Shown here one piece after another: positions 18,663 through 27,911 of a DNA stretch of 64,000 bases. Under the pieces are notes generated by a model, which was given only the letters and a program-made list of their open reading frames with translations, was not told the origin of the DNA and made no database searches. Source of the DNA: an uncultured delta proteobacterium (GTDB lineage Bacteria; Desulfobacterota; Binatia; Binatales; Binataceae); contig CAWDFL010000003.1 of the NCBI GenBank assembly GCA_963801665.1, positions 88,901 through 152,900 of the forward strand. Direction: 5' to 3'. Position numbers and translations under genes: made by a program. Numbering within the stretch: the stretch's first letter is position 1; each line of letters opens with the position of its first letter.

Positions 18663-18709
18663 GTTCAGCAAGAGTTCAGAAGATGTTCAGCCCTGGACCA
18701 TTGGCTGAA
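18663..18709. promoter_or_regulatory. phased direct repeats GTTCAG x3 (11-bp spacing) plus inverted GGCTGAA half-site; candidate operator for the adjacent winged-helix regulator
   Basis: aaGTTCAGca-agaGTTCAGaa-gatGTTCAGCC-ctggaccatt-GGCTGAAa. Repeats start at 18663, 18674 and 18685. Located in the divergent spacer between the regulator (start 18600, -) and the secreted-protein gene (18808, +). Confidence 0.4.
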
Positions 18710-18807
18710 AGCCCTGCCTGTCGGAACGTGGCGACAGCATGGATGCCACGAGGGGAAGCCCGGGAACACGAGCGAAATTAACAGAGAAATTCCGAAGGAG
18801 GAGCGTT

Positions 18808-19350
18808 ATGAAAAATTCGATCCTGAAGTTGATGCTTGCCGCCGCGATCGTGTGCGTGCCTCTTGGAGGACGAGTCGCGATCGCGCGAGGGCCGGAAAAC
18901 GTCCGCGTCGTGTCAACCGCCACCTTATCTGAGTACGATCTGGGCAATCCGGGCACCTGCGATCCAGACACTTACTTGCCGGACCCGGGAGAACTGGTTT
19001 GCATCGCATCGCTCGGCGAAACCTACACCGTCTCGGGCGATTTCACGGGAAGCTTACTTATCGAGACCGCCTATGCCGAGTTTGCCAACGGCAGCTTTGC
19101 CCCCAATACCGATTTCCAAAACTGGACCGGCTCGATCAGCGGACACGGCAGCGGTTCGTTCGTGCTCAATGAGTACGATCTGATCATTCAAGCCAACGGT
19201 TCCTACCACAGCCAACTTCGCATTCTCGATGGAACCGGGACGGGAGACTTTCAGGGAATCACCGGCTTTGGCAGCTCCCAGGGAAACCTGGGCGGCGGCG
19301 TCAATACCCTGTTCGTGGAGTTTCCGGAGATTCATGATCAGCATCACTAA
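18808..19350 (+). CDS. secreted hypothetical protein
   Basis: GAAGGAGGAG RBS then an internal ATG. MKNSILKLMLAAAIVCVPLGGRVAIARG is a signal peptide. Gly/Ser/Thr-rich mature region with no recognisable domain. Confidence 0.6.
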   Translation: MKNSILKLMLAAAIVCVPLGGRVAIARGPENVRVVSTATLSEYDLGNPGTCDPDTYLPDPGELVCIASLGETYTVSGDFTGSLLIETAYAEFANGSFAPNTDFQNWTGSISGHGSGSFVLNEYDLIIQANGSYHSQLRILDGTGTGDFQGITGFGSSQGNLGGGVNTLFVEFPEIHDQHH

Positions 19351-19451
19351 TCGAGCCGGCGCCAATACTCATTGAGGCCATCAACTAAACCATTAGCCAG
19401 TAGATGATTAAACAGAGAGCCTTCGGAGATTCGTTATGGGAGGAAACAGTA

Positions 19452-19991
19452 ATGTATAAAATAGCGATGCTGACTTTGCTCGCTGGATGCGTGATGTTCG
19501 GTGGCGCGACTCACGCGATCGCGCAGCCTGCCGCCGCTCAAGTCGTGGCGGTGGACGAATGCGATCCCACCACTTTCAATGCCGCTACCGCCGTCGGCCC
19601 AGGCTTTTGCCACAATGTCGCGCTTGGAGCGCAAACCACTTTCGCCAATCTCTTCGCCGAAGCCGAAGCCGGTACTCCCGATCCCAACTGGGCTTTTGAG
19701 CCCACCCAGTTGACGATCAAGAAAGGAACCCCGCTCACGGTGATGGATGAGGGCGGCGAGCCGCACACGTTTACCGAGGTGGCGCAGTTCGGGGGCGGAT
19801 TTATATCGGGGCTGAACGGCCCGAGCGAGGCGGTTGCGCCCGAATGCGCCGGCGGCTTCTCCAGCGTCGCGCTGGCCCAGACTCGAATCCTTCAAGGCAG
19901 CCAGCGCACTATCACCGGCCTGTCGAAAGGAACCCATCTGTTCCAGTGCTGCATCCATCCGTGGATGCGCATCGAAGTCGATGTGAAGTGA
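19452..19991 (+). CDS. cupredoxin (amicyanin/pseudoazurin-like type-1 blue copper protein)
   Basis: GGGAGG RBS. Signal peptide MYKIAMLTLLAGCVMFGGATHAIA. C-terminal ligand loop HLFQCCIHPWM (C-x2-H-x2-M as in amicyanin CTPHPFM) and upstream His in GEPHTFTE. Confidence 0.7.
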   Translation: MYKIAMLTLLAGCVMFGGATHAIAQPAAAQVVAVDECDPTTFNAATAVGPGFCHNVALGAQTTFANLFAEAEAGTPDPNWAFEPTQLTIKKGTPLTVMDEGGEPHTFTEVAQFGGGFISGLNGPSEAVAPECAGGFSSVALAQTRILQGSQRTITGLSKGTHLFQCCIHPWMRIEVDVK

Positions 19992-20000
19992 CCCCGGGCG

Positions 20001-20035
20001 CCACTGCTCGCGGTCGCCCCTACCGCGAGCGGTGG
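20001..20035 (+). terminator. hairpin after the cupredoxin gene
   Basis: CCACTGCTCGCGGT-cgccccta-ACCGCGAGCGGTGG: 14-bp stem with one mismatch, no U-tract. Confidence 0.3.
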
Positions 20036-20056
20036 TACGCCTAAGCGAAGTCGCAC

Positions 20057-21526
20057 ATGCTGGATTTTCGGATGCATCAAACGCGGCGGAGCTTGCCGGG
20101 ATTCGTTGGCGCTCTGCTTCTGGCGTTATGCGTTCTCACGGCGCACGCGCAGGCGCTTTCGGCCTTCATCGACGATAAGGCGAGCCCGGGCAAGGCCATA
20201 CCGATTCCGAAGATCATCGGCCGGACGGACACCACCAGTGATCCGGCCGGGAAGCTGTCGAGTTATCAACCCGGTGGCGCAACCGCTACCGCGAGCAACG
20301 CATTCTTTCAGAGCCTCGGGACAAACGGACGCAGTTGCTTCAGTTGTCACAGTCCAAACGACGGATGGAGTATCAACTCCGCCGATGCGGCCGCGCGCTT
20401 CAAGAAAACCAACGGCGCCGATCCAGTCTTCAGGCTGGTGGACGGCGCAACCTGCCCCGACGACGACGTCTCGACGATCGCGGCGATGCAGCAGGCGTAT
20501 CGGCTTCTACTCGGCCAGGGGCTGATCCGGATCTCGCTGCCGATGCCCGCGTCTTCGTCGCTGGAGTTCAGCATCACGTCGGTGAACGATCCATACAACT
20601 GCAATACCAATCCCGAGTTCGGTCTCACCAGCGCCACCACCGGGATGGTATCGATTTACCGCCGGCCGCTGCCCGCGACCAATCTCAAATTCGAGAGCAC
20701 TTTGATGTGGGACGGGCGCGAACCGAATCTGGCCAGTCAGGCCGCCGACGCGACCACGATCCACGCGCAAAGCTCCGCGCCGCCCGACTCCACTGAGTTG
20801 CAGCAGATAGTCGATTTCGAAACCGGTATTTTCACCGCGCAGTCGCACACCCAAGCCGGCAATCTGGCATCGGCCGGCGCGACGGGCGGACCGGTCGCGC
20901 TCTCGACGCAATCATTTTTCACCGGGATCAACGATCCATTCGGCAGGAATCCGGACGGCACCGCATTTGATCCAAATATCTTCGATCTCTTCGATGCGTG
21001 GGCGTCGGGAAAGAAGGGCCGATCAGGTGCGGCTAAGGAATCGATCGAGCGAGGCGCGCAGATCTTCAATACTCAGACCTTCACGATCTCGGGCGTAGCG
21101 GGCCTCAACGACGTAGTCGGGCAGCCGTCGATTACCGGGACCTGCGGAACCTGCCACGATACCCCGAACGTCGGAAACCAATCGGTTGAAGGAACCATGG
21201 ACATCGGCACTTCCAATCCATTGCTGATCAACTCGAACGCGCTCCCATTGCCGGCCTTTACAATCCAATGCGACGCGGGCCCGCTGGCGGGACAGACTAT
21301 CGTCACGCTGGATCCGGGACGCGCGCTGATCACCGGCCAGTGTGAAGATATCGGAAAGGTCAAGGTGCCGGCGTTGCGAGGATTCGCCGCGCGGGCGCCG
21401 TACTTTCATAACGGCTCGGCGCCGGACGCGTCGGCGATTCTCAATTTCTATATGAGACGTTTTCCGAGCTTCGAGCTGACCGCTCAGCAGATGACCGATC
21501 TGGAAAATTTCCTCAATTCGCTCTAG
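20057..21526 (+). CDS. di-heme cytochrome c peroxidase / MauG superfamily protein (atypically long)
   Basis: Two CxxCH motifs (CFSCH, CGTCH) and the family signature PALRGFAARAPYFHNGS near the C-terminus. Signal peptide. The two heme motifs are about 270 aa apart, against about 145 aa in canonical bacterial CCPs. Confidence 0.85.
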   Translation: MLDFRMHQTRRSLPGFVGALLLALCVLTAHAQALSAFIDDKASPGKAIPIPKIIGRTDTTSDPAGKLSSYQPGGATATASNAFFQSLGTNGRSCFSCHSPNDGWSINSADAAARFKKTNGADPVFRLVDGATCPDDDVSTIAAMQQAYRLLLGQGLIRISLPMPASSSLEFSITSVNDPYNCNTNPEFGLTSATTGMVSIYRRPLPATNLKFESTLMWDGREPNLASQAADATTIHAQSSAPPDSTELQQIVDFETGIFTAQSHTQAGNLASAGATGGPVALSTQSFFTGINDPFGRNPDGTAFDPNIFDLFDAWASGKKGRSGAAKESIERGAQIFNTQTFTISGVAGLNDVVGQPSITGTCGTCHDTPNVGNQSVEGTMDIGTSNPLLINSNALPLPAFTIQCDAGPLAGQTIVTLDPGRALITGQCEDIGKVKVPALRGFAARAPYFHNGSAPDASAILNFYMRRFPSFELTAQQMTDLENFLNSL

Positions 21527-21554
21527 CCTCGCCCTTCTCCCAAGATAGTAGAGA

Positions 21555-21642
21555 CTGTCGATAAATGACGAGTTCTTGTCCGTCATCCTTCACTTCGTTC
21601 AGGATGACACCAGCGGCGGGTTTGCGAGAAAATCGACACTCT
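21555..21642. mobile_element. short MITE-like element (family copy 1)
   Basis: CTGTCGATAAAtgacgagttcttgtccGTCATCCTtcacttcgttcAGGATGACaccagcggcgggtttgcgagaaAATCGACActc. Shares terminal CTGTCGAT/ATCGACA inverted repeats and the GTCATCCT hairpin with the larger copies. Confidence 0.5.
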
Positions 21643-21674
21643 CATAGTAGTGTGCGGAGAAACCTGTATACTCA

Positions 21675-22580
21675 ATGACTATGTCTCGTACTATAATGCC
21701 GCCGATGCGCAAATCCTTCTTTGTCCTCTTCATGCTCGCGATGCTCGCGGTCGCATTTCCCGCTCGCGCGGAATATCCATGGATGCGGTTGCCGCCGACG
21801 CCTGCGCTGCCAAAGCCCGAGGCCAGCGGTATCGCGCCGGTGGGCGGCATCCGCTTGTGGTACGCGGAGTTCGGTCATGGCGAGCCGGTAATCCTGGTTC
21901 ACGGCGGCCTCGCGAATTCAAATTACTGGGGATTGCAGATCCCCGTCCTCGCCGCGCACTACCACGTGATCGTTCTGGATAGCCGCGGCCACGGACGCAG
22001 CACCCGCAACGGCACGCCGTTGCGTTATCAGTTGATGGCGTCGGATGTTCTCGGCTTGATGGACTATCTGCACATCCGCAAGGCCGCTGTGGTCGGATGG
22101 AGTGACGGAGCGATCATCGGTCTCGAGATCGCGATCCATCATCCGGAACGTGTGACGCGGCTGTTCGCGTTTGCCGCCAATTCCGATCCGTCGCAGGTGA
22201 AAGACCTGAGCAAGAGTCCCGTGTTCAACGCTTTTTTTGAGCGCGCCGCGACCGAGTACGCGCAACTCTCGCCGACTCCGACGCAGTACAAGGAGTTTCG
22301 CGCATCCGTCGAGCAGTTGTGGGCGGGCAAGCCAAATCTGTCCGACGATCAATTAAGCCACATCACGGTGCCGACGTGGATCGTCGATGCGGACCACGAT
22401 GAGGCGATCAAGCGCGAGGCTCCCGATCACATTGCCGGATTGATTCCTGGTTCCGGCGAGCTGATCCTCCCCGGAGTGAGCCACTTCGCGTTCCTTCAGG
22501 ATCCGGTCATGTTCAACGAGGCGGTGCTGCACTTCCTCTCCGGTGGAAACGACACTCATTCCGAGCCGCCCAGGAAGTGA
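21675..22580 (+). CDS. secreted alpha/beta hydrolase
   Basis: Signal peptide. HGG oxyanion motif (VILVHGGLANS). Nucleophile elbow GWSDG. C-terminal His in GVSHFAF. Confidence 0.85.
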   Translation: MTMSRTIMPPMRKSFFVLFMLAMLAVAFPARAEYPWMRLPPTPALPKPEASGIAPVGGIRLWYAEFGHGEPVILVHGGLANSNYWGLQIPVLAAHYHVIVLDSRGHGRSTRNGTPLRYQLMASDVLGLMDYLHIRKAAVVGWSDGAIIGLEIAIHHPERVTRLFAFAANSDPSQVKDLSKSPVFNAFFERAATEYAQLSPTPTQYKEFRASVEQLWAGKPNLSDDQLSHITVPTWIVDADHDEAIKREAPDHIAGLIPGSGELILPGVSHFAFLQDPVMFNEAVLHFLSGGNDTHSEPPRK

Positions 22581-22582
22581 TG

Positions 22583-23023
22583 CCGTCGATAAATCCTGAA
22601 TTCTTGTCCGTTATCCTGCCATGAAAGTGTGTAGGGCGATGAGTATCGTATTCTGAACGGAGCCCCGGCTGTCATTTCGAGCGCTGCGCGAGAAATCCCG
22701 AGGCGGCCATGCTCGACGCCAACACCACATGCAGAGGCCCTTCGCCCGGGATTCCTCGCGCGGCAGCCACGCGCGGGAATGACAACCGAACCTGTTTTCG
22801 TAGGGGCGGCTCCCGAGCCGCCCGTCTTCGCGCAGCCTGTCCCTGCATGCGAACTTTCGTCCCGCGTGGCGGGTCCTACGGACCCGTGAAAGTCTGAGCC
22901 GCAGGCTGCCCCTTCGACGTTGCTCAGCGCACAGCGCGGATTGGTTGCACTAATCGCTTCGCGGAGATCCTTCGCCTGCGGCTCAGGATGACAGCAATCG
23001 AAGTTTTGAAAAAATCGACAGCC
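22583..23023. mobile_element. composite MITE-like element (family copy 2, about 440 bp)
   Basis: Begins gcCGTCGATAAAtcctgaattcttgtccgttatcctgccatgaaagtgtgtagggcgatgagtatcgta, contains the about 110-bp palindromic unit GTCATTTCGAGCGCTGCGCGAGAAATCCCGAGG...CCCGGGATTCCTCGCGCGGCAGCCACGCGCGGGAATGAC, the GGGCGGCTCCCGAGCCGCCC module and the GCACTAATCGCTTCGCGGAGATCCTTC stem, and ends gaaaaAATCGACAGcc. Confidence 0.7.
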
Positions 23024-23041
23024 TCGAAGCGAGGGAGAAAT

Positions 23042-24856
23042 TCACGATCCCAGACCAATCGCAGGAAAATAAATTCCCTCCGGCTGCCGCACCCACCATG
23101 CGCCCGTCTCTTCTTTTTCTTTAGGGCTGGAATAACGATAGTCGTAAAGCAGCGCCCGTACGTGTCGCGGAGGCTTGTCAGGGAACGGATTGCTGCCGAG
23201 CAGGGCCGTAACGTCCGGTGAGTTTTCCATCAAGCGCTGCAAGAATATCGAGAACCAGGGACTTTCCGACTCCGTCCCTAAAGCGGCAAACCACATCTGC
23301 CAGTCGAGCCGCGGCTGATGCGGAAAGTTCCATCGCGGTCGCCGCATGACGTCGCCCGGTTTATACTTGAACGCATATTCGCGCCAGTGAACGGCATCAT
23401 CCGAGCCCTCGACGATAATTTCCAGCCGCTCGGTCGTCATCACCGCGAACAGGCCGTATGTATTGACGATCCGAAATGGCGCAATTTCGTCTTTAATCCA
23501 GACCGCCGCAGCGGAGCTACGTCCACCGAACACAGCATGAATCAGCGCCAAGCTCACGAACACAATTAGCAGCGCGAGCGCTCCGGCGGCAAAAGAAACA
23601 ATCTTCCCCGGCTTGATCTCCCGAACGCGGTCGCGCAAGAACCGCGTCAGCCGATCCGGAAGAAGCTTGCGTATCGCGGCGTCGTCAAACAGCACCAGGC
23701 ACAACGCCATCGTCAGCAGATTGAAAAACGCGTAGTTGCCAGTCAGGAGGATCACCACCTGCAGCAACAAGATGCCGAACGCCGCGACGAACTTTAGCCG
23801 CCGCGGAAAGAAAATCAAAAACGGCAGTCCCAGCTCAATGATAAAGGTCGCCACGGTTGCCGCGCTCAGAACGGCGTGCGGCAGGTGATGCGCGTACCAC
23901 GCGAGCGGCGTCGGCAGCGGCTCGGTTTGAAAATAATAGGAGAGCGCCGAGAGGTTGGCCCACGTGGGGTCGCGGCTCAGGAGCTTGACCGCACCCGAAA
24001 GAAACATGAAGCGGAACAAGAGCCAGCGCAGCAGCCATATGCCCGGCTCGGTCGCGAAGCTCAGAATCAGCGCAAGGAAGCCGGATTCCAGCAGCAACAC
24101 ATCCCACTGAAAGCCCATGAAGATCTGACCGGCGTAAAAGAGAGAGAGATAAAACGCGTAGAGAAGGAACAGGCTCAAACGCGGCAGCAGGTTGAAAATC
24201 AGGAACAGCGACAACGCCGCTCCAGCCCAGCATATCGCTTGGATCGCAAAGTCGCTCTGGTCCAGCCAGAACACCATCGGGAATCGCCAGTAGCCTTCGG
24301 AACCGAGCTGGCTCCGGACGGCGGTGGTGAATTCAGACAGCGGCAGAATCCCGTGGCTGCCGATTAGTCCCAACGCCTGCACGCCAAATGAAACAAAGGC
24401 GGCAAAATAGATTAGCCCGATGGCTCGCAGGAACAGCCACGAAATCAGATCGAAACGCGGCGGCTCGTAATCGCGACCCCATAACCACAGGCTCGGCCGG
24501 TAAAGCGCGGAACGATGCGAAGCGGCAAAAGCGTACGAGCGCTCGGCGATCGCAGCGAACCCTGGCAGATACCGATAGAGCATCAGCCAGAAGCCTTTGC
24601 CGCTCGCGTGGCTCAAGACAAGAAAACAGGCTTCGGCGCCGCTCGCGATTTCTCCGTCTGGCGCGACGTATTGAACGGCACGCTGGAACGCGGCCAGCGG
24701 AATCTCCGGATACTGCGCGGCGACTTCCTGGTAGGGCGTGTATCTCACCTGACGGCCGGTGAGTTTCTGCCAATAGCGCACCCAGTAGATGCAGAATCCG
24801 CAATCGCCGTCGTAGATCAGAAGCGGCTCAGGCGGGACCGCGTTCGTAGTTTGCAT
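23042..24856 (-). CDS. membrane protein: N-terminal DCC-family thiol-disulfide oxidoreductase domain fused to a lipase-maturation-factor (LMF1-like) polytopic domain
   Basis: LLIYDGDCGFCIYWVRYW (DUF393/DCC CxxC motif) followed by about 10 TM helices and a conserved C-terminal soluble domain. Confidence 0.75.
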   Translation of the reverse strand: MQTTNAVPPEPLLIYDGDCGFCIYWVRYWQKLTGRQVRYTPYQEVAAQYPEIPLAAFQRAVQYVAPDGEIASGAEACFLVLSHASGKGFWLMLYRYLPGFAAIAERSYAFAASHRSALYRPSLWLWGRDYEPPRFDLISWLFLRAIGLIYFAAFVSFGVQALGLIGSHGILPLSEFTTAVRSQLGSEGYWRFPMVFWLDQSDFAIQAICWAGAALSLFLIFNLLPRLSLFLLYAFYLSLFYAGQIFMGFQWDVLLLESGFLALILSFATEPGIWLLRWLLFRFMFLSGAVKLLSRDPTWANLSALSYYFQTEPLPTPLAWYAHHLPHAVLSAATVATFIIELGLPFLIFFPRRLKFVAAFGILLLQVVILLTGNYAFFNLLTMALCLVLFDDAAIRKLLPDRLTRFLRDRVREIKPGKIVSFAAGALALLIVFVSLALIHAVFGGRSSAAAVWIKDEIAPFRIVNTYGLFAVMTTERLEIIVEGSDDAVHWREYAFKYKPGDVMRRPRWNFPHQPRLDWQMWFAALGTESESPWFSIFLQRLMENSPDVTALLGSNPFPDKPPRHVRALLYDYRYSSPKEKEETGAWWVRQPEGIYFPAIGLGS

Positions 24857-24998
24857 GACGCCAGATTATGCCTCGCCCGCATCGGCAGAACGACTGGACG
24901 CCGGTCGAGTGATCCATTCAGAGCAACGCGCCCCTTCGACGCGCCTGCGCTCTTCGTGGTAAATCCGAATTGATGTCAGCCGCGCGCCCGCCGCGCGC

Positions 24999-25868
24999 TT
25001 GGAGGGACACATGGACGGTCAATTCGATCGAGCCGCCGAGGATCTCGGCAATATCGTCGCGCTCGAGCATGTTAATGTCACCGCTCCCGATCAGCAGCTT
25101 GCCACCCTGTACTACATCGCCGGACTGGGGCTGACTCGCGACCCCTACCTGATGACCAGCGTCAGCAATATGTGGGTCAATGTCGGACGCAGCCAATTCC
25201 ACCTTCCTACCAGCCAGCCGCAGGTGCTGCGCGGCCACGTGGGTATCGTGCTGCCGGATCGCGAGGCGCTGGTAAAGCGGCTCACGCGCGTCCGCAAGAG
25301 GCTCGACGGGACGCGCTTTGATTTTCATGAACACGAATCATTCGTTGATACGATCTGTCCGTGGGGCAACCGTATCCGATGCCATTTTTCCGATTCCAAT
25401 AACGGCGCGATGCGGCTAGGCATCGCCTATGTCGAGTTTACCGTGCCTGCGGGTACGGCGGACGGAATCGCGCGATTTTATCGCCAGACCATGCGCGCCC
25501 CGGCGACGAGCGCGGAAGATCGCGGCGGGCGCTGCGCGCGAGTGCCGGTCGGGATCGGGCAACAGTTCATCTTTCGCGAAACCGACCGCGAGATACCCGC
25601 GTACGACGGCCATCATATTCAGGTTTACGTCGCCGATTTCTCCGGACCGCATCAGGCGCTCAAGGATCACGGTCTTATCAGCGAGGAGAGCGACCAGCAT
25701 CAGTATCGATTCAAGGATATCACCGATCCGGAAACCGGTTCGGCGCTTTTCACGATCGAGCACGAGGTGCGCAGCATGCGCCATCCGCTGTTCATGCGTC
25801 CGCTCGTGAACCGCAATCCGTCGCAGAACAACATGAACTATATGCCGGGCCACGACGCCTGGTCCTGA
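24999..25868 (+). CDS. hypothetical protein, possibly tandem VOC/glyoxalase-fold
   Basis: Two segments with glyoxalase-like beta-alpha-beta patterns (LEHVNVTAPD...LYYIAGLGL; IAYVEFTVPAGTADGIARFYRQTM). No firm motif match. Confidence 0.45.
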   Translation: MEGHMDGQFDRAAEDLGNIVALEHVNVTAPDQQLATLYYIAGLGLTRDPYLMTSVSNMWVNVGRSQFHLPTSQPQVLRGHVGIVLPDREALVKRLTRVRKRLDGTRFDFHEHESFVDTICPWGNRIRCHFSDSNNGAMRLGIAYVEFTVPAGTADGIARFYRQTMRAPATSAEDRGGRCARVPVGIGQQFIFRETDREIPAYDGHHIQVYVADFSGPHQALKDHGLISEESDQHQYRFKDITDPETGSALFTIEHEVRSMRHPLFMRPLVNRNPSQNNMNYMPGHDAWS

Positions 25869-25877
25869 GGCGCCGCG

Positions 25878-27071
25878 ATGAACCAGATCAATACCGAGCG
25901 CGAGCAGCGCTTCATCGATCTTGCCGCCGGGCTCGCCGACGATTTCGCGACGCGCGCGGCCGAGCACGATCGGGACGCGTCGTTTCCGCATGAGAACTAC
26001 GCGCGGCTCAAGGAAAGCGGCTACACGATACTCACCATCCCGGAAAAATTCGGCGGGATGGGCGCGACGCTGCTCGAGCGAATCAAGGCGCAGGAACGGC
26101 TGGCTGAGGGATGCGGCGCGACCGCGCTCGCGATCAACATGCACTTCAATACGGTTGGACTGCTCTGCGACCTGTATCGCAAATTCAAGGCACCCAACGT
26201 CGAAGAGAAGCTTCACCGGATCGTGAAGGAGCGCCTGATTTGCGCCGGCTCGGGCTCGGAGCCGGACAACGCGGTGATCAATCTCCGTCCGCGCACCGCC
26301 GCGCGCCGCGCCGAGGGCGGATGGATCGTCAACGGACGCAAGATCTTCGGCACCCAGAGTATCGCGGCGGATCTGTTCTTCTTCGAGGCGGTGTGGGACG
26401 ACGCGCCCGAGCGCGCAAGCATCATCACCTGCTACGTCGCGCCGCGCGAGACGCCGGGACTGTCGTTCAAAGATGACTGGGACGTGATGGGGATGCGATC
26501 GACCGAGTCGCGCAGCTCGGAGCTGATCGACGCGTTCGTGCCCGAGTCCGCGGTCGTGTTGCAGCGGCCGGTCTCGCGCAGCGGCCGCGTCACCAAGGTC
26601 TTCGCCAAAGCGCCGTTCGCGATCGGCGCGCCGTATATCGGAATCGCGCTCGCCGCGCGCAATTTCACCGTCGAGTTCATGCGCGATCGCAAACGCTATC
26701 CCCTGAAGTATCCGATGAGCCATCTGCCGAGCGTGTACAACAAGGTCGGTGAGATGGATCTGCTGATCGAAGGAGCGCGCGCCGCGATGTGGAAGGCGGC
26801 GGCCGAAGTCGATCGCGACGATCCGGTAAGCTGGTCGCGCAAGGCGGTGGCGGCCCGCATGATCGCGGTGGAAAATTCGGTGCGGGTGGTGGACCTGGCC
26901 CTGCGCGCCGTTGGCGGCGCTTCGTACTTCAAGCGGCTGCCGCTCGAGCGCCTGTTCCGCGACGTGCGCGCCGGCCTTTATCATCCGCTCGACAGCGATG
27001 AGAGCCTGGAGTTTCTCGGCCGCAGCGCTTTCGGATTGACCGAGGTGCTCGGTTCCTCCGAATCGAGCTGA
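25878..27071 (+). CDS. acyl-CoA dehydrogenase family protein
   Basis: ACAD N/middle/C domain pattern. Catalytic-region helices AVGGASYFKRLPLERLFRD. Confidence 0.88.
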   Translation: MNQINTEREQRFIDLAAGLADDFATRAAEHDRDASFPHENYARLKESGYTILTIPEKFGGMGATLLERIKAQERLAEGCGATALAINMHFNTVGLLCDLYRKFKAPNVEEKLHRIVKERLICAGSGSEPDNAVINLRPRTAARRAEGGWIVNGRKIFGTQSIAADLFFFEAVWDDAPERASIITCYVAPRETPGLSFKDDWDVMGMRSTESRSSELIDAFVPESAVVLQRPVSRSGRVTKVFAKAPFAIGAPYIGIALAARNFTVEFMRDRKRYPLKYPMSHLPSVYNKVGEMDLLIEGARAAMWKAAAEVDRDDPVSWSRKAVAARMIAVENSVRVVDLALRAVGGASYFKRLPLERLFRDVRAGLYHPLDSDESLEFLGRSAFGLTEVLGSSESS

Positions 27072-27099
27072 GCGCGGGACCATTTCAAGGAATGTTTCG

Positions 27100-27858
27100 A
27101 TGAAGGTGATTTTCGACAAAGACGGTCCGATCGCGCGCGTCACGATCAATCGCCCGGAGCGGCTCAACGCGTGCGATTTTGAAACCTACAATCGGCTGGC
27201 CGAAATCTGGACCGAGTTTCGCGACGATCCGAAACTGCTGGTCGCGATTCTGACCGGCGCCGGCGAGCGGGCGTTCAGCGCCGGCAGCGACGTGAAATCC
27301 AACTACGTCGAGGGACGCGGCAAATCGGCGGGAAAGTCGCCGTTCCCGGTGATGCTCGAACTGCACAAGCCCGTAATTGCCGCGATCAACGGCCACGCCA
27401 ACGGCGGCGGCCTCGAGCAGGCTCTCGCCTGCGATATTCGCGTCGCGGCGGAGCATGCGCAGTTCGGTCTCGGAGAAGTCCGGCTCGGATGGCTGCCCGG
27501 CGGCGGAGGCACTCAGCGCCTGCCGCGGCTGATTCCGCTCGGCCGTGCGCTTGAGATGTTGTACACCGGCAACCGGATCGGAGCCGCAGAAGCGCTGCGC
27601 CTGGGACTGGTCGATCACGTCGTTCCGATGAACCAGCTCATGAGCAAGTGCGAGGAGATCGCGCGCGAGATCTGCAAGTCGGCGCCGCTGGCGGTGCAGC
27701 AGATCAAGCGAGTCGCGCTGCGCGGCCTCGACCTCCCGCTGGCCGAAGGATTGCGCCTCGAGCGCGAGGGGTACGATCTGCTCCTGAAGACCGAAGACTC
27801 GCGCGAGGGCGGTCTCGCGTTCGCCGAGAAACGTCCGCCGAATTGGAAAGGAAAGTAA
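27100..27858 (+). CDS. enoyl-CoA hydratase/isomerase (crotonase family)
   Basis: VARVTINRPERLNA, oxyanion-hole AAINGHANGGGLEQALACDIRVAAE. Confidence 0.9.
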   Translation: MKVIFDKDGPIARVTINRPERLNACDFETYNRLAEIWTEFRDDPKLLVAILTGAGERAFSAGSDVKSNYVEGRGKSAGKSPFPVMLELHKPVIAAINGHANGGGLEQALACDIRVAAEHAQFGLGEVRLGWLPGGGGTQRLPRLIPLGRALEMLYTGNRIGAAEALRLGLVDHVVPMNQLMSKCEEIAREICKSAPLAVQQIKRVALRGLDLPLAEGLRLEREGYDLLLKTEDSREGGLAFAEKRPPNWKGK

Positions 27859-27911
27859 GCGCGCTCAATTGCTCCAGTTCTCAACCCCAAGATTTGGCTA
27901 CGAAGATGGTG

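Noticed and set aside
22709-22897. Short ORFs inside the MITE copies (e.g. 22709..22897, 32735..33138, 40639..40942, 58036..58545 and the MDSEHGRLGIPRPGLGMT... family)
   Set aside because: They recur only because the repeat recurs. Translations are Arg/Pro/Gly-rich and change frame between copies.
25416-27167. 583-aa minus-strand ORF antisense to the ACAD gene
   Set aside because: Extremely Arg/Ala/Gly-rich with no motifs. It is a typical high-GC antisense artefact, and the plus-strand ACAD is unambiguous.
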